NCBI GenBank assembly: GCA_951406725.2
Contig: OX597836.1
Coordinates: 7,812,001 to 7,876,000 of the forward strand
Direction of reading: 5' to 3'
DNA: 64,000 nt
DNA from: Octopus vulgaris
Taxonomy: Eukaryota
In this document: positions 13,020 to 24,630 of the stretch, piece after piece
Layout: each line of letters begins with the position of its first letter
Numbering within the stretch: the first letter of the stretch is position 1
Notes under the pieces: generated by a model
The model's input: the letters and a program-made list of their open reading frames with translations, nothing else
Told to the model about the DNA's origin: nothing
The model's database searches: none
Program-made: the position numbers and the translations under genes

Positions 13020-13770
13020 ATGTCTAACTATATTTTCCCATGAGCTGCAGTTGATGTTCATTTGAGGAAGGTAGCTTTGAACCGTCTCTTTTGAATGAAG
13101 ACTACAGAAATTAGTCCCTGGTATACAATTGTTATGTTGGTCTTGGTGCTGAGGTGATTGTAGAAAACATCAACTCGGTATTAGGATTGTGATTCTTAAA
13201 CCTAGACTTGTTAAGCATAAATGTGCCTGGAGGTTATCTATGAAGTTTATGGACAATTAATTGCTCAACGGCTTATGTTATTCATAGCTCCATTTTCCTA
13301 AATTATATTCCAAACAAGAAAATCTTGGTTTGGAATATAATTTAGTAAGACAGAATTCCTGACAACCAGTGGGAAAACCTGGTGTTTTTGTAACAAGCTC
13401 CACAACATTTGGCAATCAAATATTTCAAAGTCAGTAAGGCCGGCCTTCTTCACTCTGTAGAGTGCATTCTTCTCTATTGTGCCAAAGCGTGGATTATGAA
13501 GAAGTTTCATGATTGATTTGATTGTAGTTACATCAGCTTCTCACCAGGGCTCAAAAGCATTCATGGTTTGAACTCTCAAGACCAAAAGGGAGAGATTTAT
13601 AAATACACTCTGCCCATCTCTACTGTTGTTGCTGGCCACTGCTATTATGCTGAACATTAATCATATTGAATGTTATGTTTTGAAGACTTATACATTCCAG
13701 TAGAGTGTGAAAACCATTCAGTACTTGATTTAATGGCAATTAAGGCACACTTATTCCCTGCAAAAATGTC
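13020..13770 (+). mobile_element. Decayed RTE/RTE-X-like LINE ORF2 3' region
   Basis: Reads across frameshifts: WCFCNKLHNIWQSNISKS..VECILLYCAKAWIM..DCSYI..EIY..LPISTVV.AGHCYY, matching the RTE pattern W.ACNKL..IW.S..ESILLYG.E.W..LP.IS..FAGHC. Confidence 0.75.
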
Positions 13771-14458
13771 TCAAAAAATTACTCTGGATCCTAATAGGTG
13801 AAGTTGGGCCTCCCATAAACTAATTTTGTCTTCACTCACCTGTATATATGTTGCTGGAATCAGGGTTGCATTTGATGTACCTGTGTGTCTTTGATGCCAT
13901 CAAATATGTTATTAACTGATATTATTAATAGAGAACCACTACATGAAATTGAGGGCCAACTGATGCTAATAAGGGGCAAAGATTCCTCATGTGCTATGAT
14001 GAAATGCATCGTGATTGCAACCACTTAAAGAGAAGTAATATCTATTCCAAACCAATAGTTTTTAAAAGTTAATTGCATTACAAAATCCCTTCATATTCGT
14101 GATCCTTTTTAAAATCATCTGTCAAACATTGATAGAGTACATGATTAAGAAATACTGTTACAAAGTATTGTAACTCTACTTCATTGGATATTTATAACAA
14201 TATAAATTGTTAAAATGTTTCCGATTCCATTTTATCCTTTGTTTTTACATACTTTCCTTGTTTTGCTTCGTTAGAATTTCATCTGACAAATGAATTTCAA
14301 AAAGTTCCTGATGACTCTTCGTCTCACTCCCTTATTTTTTCATCCCCCTTTTTATCTCCTGTTTTGTTTAAACTCTAATCCCCAAAGATTGGGGGGAAGA
14401 GGAAACCCTTCAATTTTTTACATTTGAGTTCAATATATTTTGAAATGTGTGGTAAGTG

Positions 14459-14499
<41 letters not shown>

Positions 14500-14513
14500 C
14501 ATTATTATTATTA

Positions 14514-14550
<37 letters not shown>

Positions 14551-14624
14551 TATATTGTTAACATTATTATTATTCATTTATAAAGATTGACATAACTCTT
14601 TAATCGCATCAGGATTTTATTTTA

Positions 14625-14667
<43 letters not shown>

Positions 14668-14669
<2 letters not shown>

Positions 14670-15100
14670 GGTGGCAAGCTGGCTGAGTCATTAGCACACC
14701 AGGCAAAATGCTTAGAAGCTTTTTGTCCATCCTTATGTTCTGAGTTCAAACACTGCTGAGGTCGACTTCGCTTTTCATCCTTTCAGGGTCAATAAATTAA
14801 GTACCAGTGAAACACTGGGGTTGTTGTAATTGTCTAGTCCCCTTCCTCTAAATTTCAGGCCTTGTGCCTATAGTAGCGAGGATTATTATTATCATTATTA
14901 TTATTATTATTATTATTATTAGTGAGCAGGCAGAATCGTTAGCATGCCGAGCAAAATGACAAGCGGCATTGCATCCATCTTCACGTCCTGAGTTCATATT
15001 CTGCCGAGGTCAACTTTGTTTTTCATTCTTTCGGGGTCAATAAAATAAGTATCAGTTGAGCACTGGGGTCGGCCTCATGCCTTATCATAGAGAGGATTAT
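14668..15100 (+). mobile_element. Two tandem family B SINEs inside (ATT)n tracts
   Basis: Head aaggtggcaagctggc.ga.tc.ttagc, B box gagttcaaa, core tttcatcctttc.gggtcaataaa.taagtaccagt. Confidence 0.85.
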
Positions 15101-15544
15101 TATTATTATTACAATAATCCCACATGTATATTGTAGATACATATATATACACACACACATATATATATACATGCATATATATATGTGTATGTAAATAAAT
15201 TTGTTTGTCTGTGTATGCCTGTGTGTGTGATTGCATGAGATAGACAGTTAGATATATAGAGCAAGAGAAGATGAGAGAATTTATCTGGAGGTTTTAAAAT
15301 ATAATGGTTATCAGTAATTAATAGGCCATGTTAATTATGATTTCTGAAACGTGTCTTCTTTAACAGCTCTGTGACAATTAGGGTCTATTCTAATTAATTT
15401 TAGTCATGCATTCACTACTGATTGAAAACTCTCCCTGTATGTATATGCATGTGTGTGTATGTATACATATATGTGTGTGTGTGTATATATATATATGTGT
15501 GTGTATATATATATATGTATACATATATATATATATACATACAC

Positions 15545-15590
<46 letters not shown>

Positions 15591-15878
15591 TAACATATTT
15601 ATCTTAGTCTTATATAATTTATGCAAGAAATTTTATACAAGACTCCTAGGTGAAAACTGTAGTAGTGGGGGACTGGTGTGGGGGAACTGAATTCATATTT
15701 GAGTGCAAAAAAAAAAACGGTGAAAAGATAAAATATAACTGATTTTTAGGCAGAAAACTGAAATTTCTAGACATAAAAAATTGCCTGAGATTGCATTGTG
15801 CTAAAGTAAGTAATTACAGCAAGCTTTTTTCATTGAATTCTTTTTTTCTTGTTTCTCATAAATATATATATAGAGAGA

Positions 15879-16071
15879 GATGTACTCGCATAGCAAGTGA
15901 TTTGATCTGAGATCGTGTGCTGAAACGAAAGCAATTGCAGCGTGGAAGGTGATTATAAGCCATTTAAGAAACACACAAAAGCCGTTCGATTCACTTCAAC
16001 ATTTAAGTTTAGTTTGTCAAAATATTTTCAGCGCTAAAATCCGCGACCTGTTCACTGACAAAAATCCGTGC
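15879..16071 (-). mobile_element. Short CpG-retaining element within a (TA)n tract; probable Penelope-like pLTR fragment
   Basis: Flanked by (TA)n/(GA)n and (TA)n; contains a minimal hammerhead-like fold of the kind known from Penelope-like element termini. Confidence 0.55.
16013..16063 (-). ncRNA. Candidate minimal type I hammerhead ribozyme, G3-C8 core variant
   Basis: Minus strand: UUUGUCA-GUGAACA-GGUCGC ggauuuua GCGCU-GAAA-AUAU-UU-UGACAAA; 7-bp stem I, bulged stem II, palindromic minimal stem III. Confidence 0.55.
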
Positions 16072-16359
16072 TATATATATATATATATATATCCACATAC
16101 ACAAAAAAAAAAACGGAATGAGAACAAAGACATTGCATGAAATGCAATAGCAACACAATGTGTGGAAGGCTTATCTCAGGCATGGCTGTGTGGTTAAGAA
16201 GCTTGCTTGCTATCATCGTTTAAAGTCCATTTCCCCTGCTGGCATTGGTTGGACAGTTTGACAAAGAGCTGACAAGCTGCACCAGCCCCCATTCATCTAT
16301 TTTGACAAGGTCTCTATGGCTGAATGCCCTTCCTAATGCCAACCACTTTATAGTGTGTG

Positions 16360-16595
16360 CTGGGTGCTTTTTATGTGACACCGGCATCAAAGCTTTTTGT
16401 GTGACTCCAGCATGGGTGTTCTTTGCATTGCCCCAGCATGGGTGCTCTTTGTGTTGCCCCAACATGGGTGCTCTTTGTGTTGCCCCAACATGGGTGCTCT
16501 TTGTGTTGCCCCAACATGGGTGCTCTCTGTGTTGCGCCAGTACAGTTGCTTTTTACATGGCACCGGCATAGGTGCTTTTTACATATGTTATCTTT
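16360..16595. repeat. Minisatellite, 26-bp unit gggtgctctttgtgttgccccaacat, expanded inside a family C SINE
   Basis: About eight units, three nearly identical; the unit matches the gggtgcttttatgtggcacc motif of family C copies. Confidence 0.9.
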
Positions 16596-17309
16596 TGCTG
16601 ACCCACTCAGTTACGGGAACACGAACAAACCAACACCAGTTATCAAGTGGTAGTGGGAGTCACACACATACACACAACAGTCTTCCACATACTTTCTGCC
16701 TACCGAATTCACTCACAAAGCATTGGCTGACCCAGGGCTAAGATAGTACGAGACACTTGCCCAAGGTGCCACACAATGGAACTGAACACTGAAACCACAG
16801 ACTTAGTAAACTTCTTAACCGCGTAGCCTTGCACACAGTCTTGTCGAATACTTCACCAGCTTTCACACTCGTATTCCATAAATTGATCTTGGCTGTTGAA
16901 AAACCATTTCAATTGACCAAACCAATAGGTTTCAACTTATAGATTAATATTATTATAGAAATAAAAAAGATTCTTCCAATATTGAAATGGAATAGTTTAT
17001 TTCTTGAGAATATCAATGATATTTCTTTTCTTTTTTTCTATTATTTTATAGCCAATTTCCTTGTTTTTTACTCAAACAATTTCACAAATGTTAATGCGCA
17101 AGTCTTTAAGACACTTCTGCTTGTTGTGAGGCATTCCAATATCAAATAATCTAAGTGGTTAAATCTGATTTCTTGTGAATTACAGAATATATTTGCATCA
17201 CAAGGATGAGGTGTCAGTGTGAAAAAAGGCTAAAACATGAAGATTTTTCAAGGTGGTTGCAGGTGGGGAGAACAGGCCAGATCTTAATCAAAAGATTTTG
17301 CTTCAGTAA

Positions 17310-17484
17310 CCCTTTAGCATTCAGATTTTTCTATCAAATTAATACTTATTCATCCACATTGTTTTAAATTAATCATACGTTTTATTGCAGCTTTGAGATT
17401 TTCATGATGTGATTGTTTACCTTTAGAATGACATTGTAGCATAGGTGTGAGAGGCCAGACCTGGCCAGTTTAAAGGTTGAAGGG
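17310..17484. mobile_element. piggyBac-type MITE, second family (also 51234-51480 and 60615-61070, both with SINE insertions)
   Basis: ccctttagcattcaga ... aaggg|TTAA termini; shared interior agaatgacattgtag..taggtgtgagaggccaga. Confidence 0.75.
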
Positions 17485-19515
17485 TTAAACATGTATTGAG
17501 ATAAAAAAAAAAAGAGACAGGCTCCTAGTGCAATTTGAACCATGAACCTAATGTTTGTTTGGTAGTTATGTTAGCTTTTACACTTGAAAGTGCCTGCCAC
17601 TTTATACAATGAGGGAGAGACCTCTGTAGGGTAGGTAGATTTGTATTATACCATACTGTTTTTTGTATGTATGAGCTGGTAAGGAAGACCTTTACATAGG
17701 ATCTAGTCCTTACAGAAATAGCAGCTAAACAACACATTATTGTTGTAGGTGGGTATGTGGGGGTGAGGGCAATGAAGGCGACCTCTATTTTGGAGCTAGA
17801 ACTCTTAGAAATAGCAGCCAAATCTCCCCCAAGTCATACCCTATTGTTTCACGTGTGTGTGTGTGTGTGTATGAGTGAGCCAATGCGAAATCTCTAATTG
17901 GTCATGAGATCTGCTAGAAATAACTGCAAAGTATCCCTAGAGCCATATTCAATTATCTTTAATGCTTTTAAAAAAGAAGGATACATTATGTTGGGTATGT
18001 AGTCTTCGATATAAAAGCAGATTATCTTAAGGCCTGCTCTATGATGGCAGATCTTGTACTAAACCAGCACAACAATAATCTTTTAGAATTAATTACTATA
18101 AAAAATTGTCCGTTTTCTCCTCAACTCAGTTTTATAATGTTGAATATTAATTTACAGGAAATTCTTAGCAATTAATTCATAAAGATCTATTTTTAATTAT
18201 TTGTTAATTTGTAAAAATTTGGATTGAGTAATTTTAAGCAGGTAAAATTAAAATATAATTTAGCCACAAGAAGTGTCGCAGACTGGAAACCATTCTGAAA
18301 TTCTTCTGTGTCTAACGATTCTGCCAGTTCGCCGCCTTATACGAGGCCTAAAATTTCAGGGGAGTTGTTAAGTCGCTTACATCAACCCCAGTCTTCAACT
18401 GGAAGTTATTTTATCAACCCCAAAAGGATGACTGGTAAAGAGTCAGCTTCAACGGAATTTGAACTCAGAACATAAAGATGGGGGAAATGCTGCTTAGCAT
18501 TTTGCCCAACATGGTTAAGATTCTGCCAGCTCACTGCCTTAATAATAATAATGACAACAACAATAATAATGATCATAATACTTGTGGCCTTGTGTCTATA
18601 TTAGAAATCGATATCGTTTAATGTACGATGATGCGATGATGTCTGAAAACATGAGTTTCAGGTTTTTGTGTTTGATTACAACAGCTCTTCGGTTTTCTTT
18701 CATCCACTTTTGGAGTGAAAAGACCTGGAAAAAATCTGTTAATTAAAGTTCCAGAGAGTCTGTTATTATGATCAATAGATAGATATCCCTTTTATAACAT
18801 CCAGAAGAAAAAAAATAAAGTAAAATGAAATAAAATAAAATAAGACCAAACAAAAAGCTGTAATATTCTTATGATGGTAAGTTATTCCTCCTCCAAATCC
18901 TTCTTTGCTGATCTAAGATACTTTGAACTTATATTCGGTAAAATTTTACATTTGTTCATTCACAAAGTTGCTTCATAGCATTATTTACTACAATCACCAT
19001 TTAATTTCATTCATTGATCACGTCGATAAATTTTGTAGCAGTATCTCTGTAAAAATCTGCCTCCTACTTCATGCGTTCTTCTTTCGATCCCAATCTCACA
19101 GCGGAAGCATTGTTCATGTTTTGATAAGCGCTACATTGAATATGTGTAATTCTTTGTTTGTTGGCATCTCAGTAGATCAAAGATCAATAAACTGTATATC
19201 TTGAGCACTGCAATCCTTCTTAGATTTTTCAATAAGTAAGTACCATTGTGAGGATGTTTAAGATTTGTTAGAGTATGCGAAACACCACTGGTTTGTTATT
19301 GATCTGATGATAATGTAAAGTCTACTAGTGACTTCTTGTCTAGTGTTGCTTCTGTTGCTGTTTCTAACCATCTTCGTTTCTCAAAGACTGCTCTACTTGA
19401 ATCTTTAACATGACACCATTTTCCAACAACAACAACAACAACTAGCTTGATCTTGATGCTGTTGAACTTTTTGAATAGGGAACATGAGATGGAAGCTATG
19501 TATTAATATTAGTAG

Positions 19516-19747
19516 GGTGGCGAGCTGGCAGAATCGTTAGCGCACCCAGGCGAAATGCTTAGCGGTATTTTGTCTGCTATTACATTCTGAGATCAAATTC
19601 CGCTGAGGTCGACTTTACCTTTCATCCTTTTGGGGTTGATTAAATAAGTACCAGTTATGCACTGGGGTTGATGTAATCGACTTAATCCCTTTGTCTGTCC
19701 TTGTTTGTCCCCTCTATGTTTAGCTCCCTATGGGCAATAAAGAAATA
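19516..19747 (+). mobile_element. SINE family B, well-preserved copy with TSD
   Basis: tRNA-like head ggtggcgagctggcagaatcgttagcg; TSD aatattagtag at 19505 and 19748. Confidence 0.9.
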
Positions 19748-19762
19748 AATATTAGTAGTTGT

Positions 19763-19978
19763 TAAGGTGGAGGGCTGGCAGACTCATTAGCATGCTGGGC
19801 AAAATGCTTAGCAGCAGTTCATCCATCGTTACATTCTGAGTTCAAATTCCACCAAGGTTCACTTTGCCTTTCATCTCTTCAGGGTTGATAAAATAAGTAC
19901 CAGTTGAACACTGGGGCCATTGTAATCAACTTAACCCCCTCCACCGAAAGTGCTGGCCTTGTGCCAACAATTGAAACC
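19763..19978 (+). mobile_element. SINE family B with 15-bp TSD
   Basis: TSD aatattagtagttgt at 19748-19762 and 19979-19993. Confidence 0.9.
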
Positions 19979-21209
19979 AATATTAGTAGTTGTCCGATCC
20001 GATGATGTGGACATAGGCTTTCTTTATTTATGTCTGAAGATATCGAAATATCTTTCCTGTTGATATCCAGCTGACTGAAAGATCAATTAACATATTCAAA
20101 TACTTCAAACATCGTACAAAGCACAAGAATCAATCCCAGCAATCATAGTGATTTCTTACTTCTTCTCAGCCATTACTATCCGATAATTGTGTCTCTGTAG
20201 TTAAACATCCTATAAACACTGTTTGTTATTTAAGGAAAGTAAAACATTATTTTTATTTAGAATGGTTATCAATTAAGGTATTAGTCTGTGTGTTTTTAAT
20301 TTGCTTCCTGGTGGAAATAGTAGGGACAGTTTTGACCTGGAGATATGTCTGCAGTATCACCTATGACAGAACAGTATTCTGGGATGATACTGTCCAGGGA
20401 TGTTGGCATTACGAAGAGCATCCAGCCATAGAAGCCATGCCAAAGCAGTCAATAGACCCTAGAGCAGTTCTCTAGCTAGCCAGCTCCTGTCAAACCATCC
20501 AACCCATGCCAGCATGGAAAACAAACATTAAATGATGATAATAATAATGTGTTTAAGACTAGATTACTTGTTGCATCCTTTCTCTTATTTTTAAGGTGGT
20601 ATGGTGTGATTTCAGGAAAATCTGGCTGTTATTTCTATATTTCTAGCAGTAGGAGCTACAGTAGGGACCATGTAGAGAGCGCAGTCTTATTATCTTATCT
20701 TCATATTTTGTATATACTTTTATTCTTATACTACAAGAGTTCAGTAGAAGGATATGTCTGGTGTATGTTTTGTGGTATTGAAACTCTGGCATTAATAATC
20801 AAGCCAATACAATGATTAGCCTCTATAAACACTGACTTCATATTTTAATTGAAAGCTGAAGTGAAAAGAATAAAAAGAAGCCCAATAAATTATTCTCCAG
20901 AATAATTCAGCAATTACAGTTATTTTGTGATTATTTAACATCAACGTAAAATACTTTATCATTACAACTTTACATTAAATGTTTATAAGTGTGGTAGGGA
21001 GTTAATAAGATTATCATTTTTGTTGGTCATTAATCTAATTTTTAAAGATTAACCAATTTTTAAAAATATTTACATCTGTAGTATTTTCTGGTTGGTTTAA
21101 TGTATGGTTGTCATCAGGTGTCTTATTTATGAATGTTGTACCAAGCTGGATTTGAACTCGAGATTTTTATTTTACACAAAAAAAAAAGCACCTGTGCCAA
21201 ATGGTATCG

Positions 21210-21374
21210 AGTAAGTACCATTGTGAGGATGTTTAAGATTGGTTAGAGTATGCGAAACACCACTGGTTTGTTATTGATCTGATGATAATGTAAAGTCTAC
21301 TAGTGACTTCTTGTCTAGTATTGCTTCTGATGCTGTTTCTAACCATCTTCATTTCTCAAAGACTGCTCTACTTG
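21210..21374 (+). repeat. 165-bp direct duplicate of 19235-19399
   Basis: Ungapped alignment with 4 substitutions by eye. Confidence 0.95.
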
Positions 21375-22502
21375 TGATGAATATGGGAGTGGTTTCCCAT
21401 TGTCTTCTCTAGACAGGTGAGATTTGAACTCAGAGTGTAGAGAGCCAGAAGATATACCATAAAGCGTTTCTACTGATACACCAACATTTCTGCAGCTCTC
21501 CTGCCCACAAAGCAACTTCAGATGAAGTGTTTTGCTCAAGGACACAATGTGCTGCCCACTCCAGAAATCGAACTCATGACCTGGTGATCACGAGTGCAAC
21601 ATCCTAACCACCAGGCCATGCAACTTCACATAGGTGTAAAAACTGTAAATATATACGATAAAGATGACTGGTTCAAATCCAGCTTGGTTCTGTGTACACA
21701 TCCAGGAATAAAACACTGATGAGAATCAGAGATCAAACTGATCGAATCATAATGTGAATGCGAATATTTAAAAGCATCATTTCATCAGTAATGATGAGGT
21801 TAATTAATTTGCGAAATTATAATCTTATTACAAGTTTCTAATTATTAGTGAAACATTGCCAAAATATTGTCAGTCGTTTAATAAGGACAAATCTTGACAT
21901 AAGATAATGCTGCGCACACCACAGATGCATCTCTCCTCTGCTTTCCTCAGTTGATCTCTTCTTACATTCAACATATCAATATCCCTACTTCCTTCTCTGA
22001 CCACTATTCTACCTCTCTCTCTCTCTCTCTTCCCCCCTCTCTCTCTCTCTCTTCCTTTCTCTCCTCCCTCTCTCTCTTGGATCTGTAATATCCCCAGTAG
22101 CATTTCATGCGAGTACTTGGCTAACAAAATGCCTAAAGGGGAGTACACCCCATTATAGTAGACGTCATTAATTAACCACTTTTTGAATCAATAATTAATT
22201 AATGATAATTAAACAGTCTGTAAATCCAAGGATTACATAACAACAAGGTGTAGTCCATCTTATTACAGGCTGAGTAATGGTAAATGAATAAGGAATGAAG
22301 AGATTGTTATGTTATGTGGTGACTGTTTCTATGAGAATGGTTATTTATTGATTATTTATATGTAACATATGTATGTGTGTATATCATATATCAATAAGCC
22401 AACAAGATTCTATATGGTCGCTCAACTTGCTAGATATAGCAACCAAATCTTCCTCAAATCATGCCTACTGCCTTTAAAATTGGACACAGTGAATATTATA
22501 GT

Positions 22503-22810
22503 CATCATCATCATCGTTTAACATCCATTGTCCATGCTGGCATGGGTTGGACAGTTTGACCAAGGCTGGTAAGATGTGGGGCTGTACCAGACTCCAGTCT
22601 GATTTGGCATGGTTTCTATGGCTGGATGCCCTTCCTAATGCCAACCACTCTGAAAGCGTAACTGGTGCTGTTATGTGCCACTGGCATGGATGCTAGTTGC
22701 ATGACACCAGTATCTGCCACGACTACAATTTCACTGGGTTTGATGGATCTTCTCAAGCACAGCATATTTCCAAAGGTCTCAGTCATTTGTCATTGCCTCC
22801 CTGAGGCCCA
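22503..22810 (-). mobile_element. SINE-like family C with (GAT)n tail (copies near 3633, 3865, 16213, 20400, 24905, 29735-30560, 36175, 37690, 42033, 42557, 58490, 60778, 61915)
   Basis: Shared catcatcgtttaac.tcc..ttccatgctggcatgggttggac ... ggctggatgcccttcctaatgccaaccac. Confidence 0.8.
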
Positions 22811-22947
22811 CATGTACACGAACACATGCTCACACACATGATGGGCTTCTTTCAGTTTTCGTATTCCAAAATCCTCATATGGCTGGGAAGCAAGCTTTTT
22901 AACCACACAGCCATTTCTGCACCGATATAATTATTTTTATCATTTCA

Positions 22948-23312
22948 TCTTTTACTTGTTTCCAACATTGGACTGTGGCCAAGCTGGTGCACTGCCTTGA
23001 AAAAATTTAGCCAAACGAATCAACCCTAGTACTTATTTTTTTTAAAGCCTAGTATTTGCTCTATCAGTCTTTTTTGCCAAACCACTAAGTTATGGAAATG
23101 TAAACAAACCAACATAATCACAAAAGCACAAGCACACAAACGCATGATAAGCTTCTATCAGTTTCTGTCTACCAAATCCATTCACAAAAGCTTTGGTCAG
23201 CCCAAGGATATGGTAGAAGACACTTGCTCAAGGTGCCATGCAGTGGGACTGAACCCAGAACCATGTGGTTGTAAGAAGCAAGCTTCTTACCACACAACCA
23301 TGCCTGCACCTA
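22948..23312 (-). mobile_element. SINE family A
   Basis: Reverse complement of 24199-24630. Confidence 0.85.
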
Positions 23313-24198
23313 TCTGAACTTCAGTGAGAGTTTTTTTTATATATATATATATATATATTTAGAAGTGATTTAATTAAAAAAAAAAATTATTAAAAGTACC
23401 AGGATATACTTAACCCTAAAATAATATACTTAAACCCAGAAAAAAACAAAAAAACAAAAGAAGACAAAAAACACAACAGGAGAATACATTGAAGAATTTA
23501 ATTAAAAACTATTAATATTATCATCAAATTATCATCGTTATCATTCTCATGATTATCATTATCAAATTTATTTACCATTTTTCTCAATTACTTACTGGAA
23601 TGAAACAAAAGTAGCATCGTGTTCTGCATAAAATATTCCGATGTTGACCCAATCACATATTGGATTGGCTTTCTTGGTTCTGACCCATTTTTTTTTTATG
23701 TTGGGTAGCAAAAATAATGAGATAGTTCTTCATCTTTAACTGGCATTGGTGATGCCAGTTCTATGTAGAACAGATCTATTGATTCCTCTTCAATAATTAA
23801 ATCATTCTTTCCTTTTCTGTTTTCTGGGGGTTTTTTTATATGTGTGTGTGTATTGTTATACTTGTAATTGTTTTTCCTTTTTATTTTGTTTGTGCGTGTG
23901 TGTAACATGGATCTAAATATATTTCTTCTTACCAAAAGTAAATTTATAACGAGCTTTAGAATTAACGATATAATTAGTATTGTTGAGATGTATTCTAACA
24001 TCCTTTTAAAATCACATGATTCCATTGTTTGCTGCTGTTGTTGTTGATGATGATGATGATTGCTCTGCCCCCACCCTGGTGCTTTTTTGATCAATCAAAC
24101 CTCTGGTCAAAGACTTTCTTACTATAACTATTCCATCATGCTTTTTTTAAAATTAGTATTATTATTTTGTTTTGTTTTGTTTTTTTGTTGCATTTTTT

Positions 24199-24370
24199 AG
24201 GCGTAGGAGTGGCTGTGTGGTAAGTAGCTTGCTAACCAACCACATGGTTCTGGGTTCAGTCCCACTGCGTGGCACCTTGGGCAAGTGTCTTCTGCTATAG
24301 CCCCGGGCCGACCAATGCCTTGTGAGTGGATTTGGTAGACAGAAACTGAAAGAAGCCTGTCGTATATATG

Positions 24371-24401
<31 letters not shown>

Positions 24402-24630
24402 GTGTGTTTGTTTGTCTGTGTTTGCCCCCCTAGCATTGCTTGACAACCGATGCTGGTGTGTTTACGTCCCCGTCACTTAGCGGTTCGGCAAAAGAGACCG
24501 ACAGAATAATTATTGGGCTTACAAAGAATAAGTCCCGGGGTCGATTTGCTCGACTAAAGGCGGTGCTCCAGCATGGCCGCAGTCAAATGACTGAAACAAG
24601 TAAAAGAGTAAAAGAGAGAGGGTAAAGAGA
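24199..24630 (+). mobile_element. SINE family A, young full-length copy (tRNA head, CORE-like segment, internal TA/TG microsatellite, aaagagt tail); resembles described octopus SINEs
   Basis: A box tggctgtgtggtaag, B box gggttcagtccc, CORE-like accttgggcaagt; nearly identical to 58682-59090; more than 20 older relatives in the window. Confidence 0.9.

Larger units (their letters stand above)
18650..20210 (-). mobile_element. Highly decayed LINE fragment, probably the AP-endonuclease region, interrupted by SINEs
   Basis: Coding-like minus strand with faint endonuclease-like pieces (GK..IKKAYVHIIG; QLCE..RRIW); many stops. Confidence 0.35.

Noticed and set aside
14275-14456. Exon-like signals with ATG and strong GTAAGT donor
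   Set aside because: The frame from the ATG stops before the donor; no homology.
16220-16741. Cys-rich repetitive ORFs
   Set aside because: Produced by a 26-bp (non-3n) minisatellite inside a SINE.
19275-19330. GAAAC...GTTT...CTGATGA possible hammerhead (also in the duplicate at 21250)
   Set aside because: Stem I and stem II cannot be formed.
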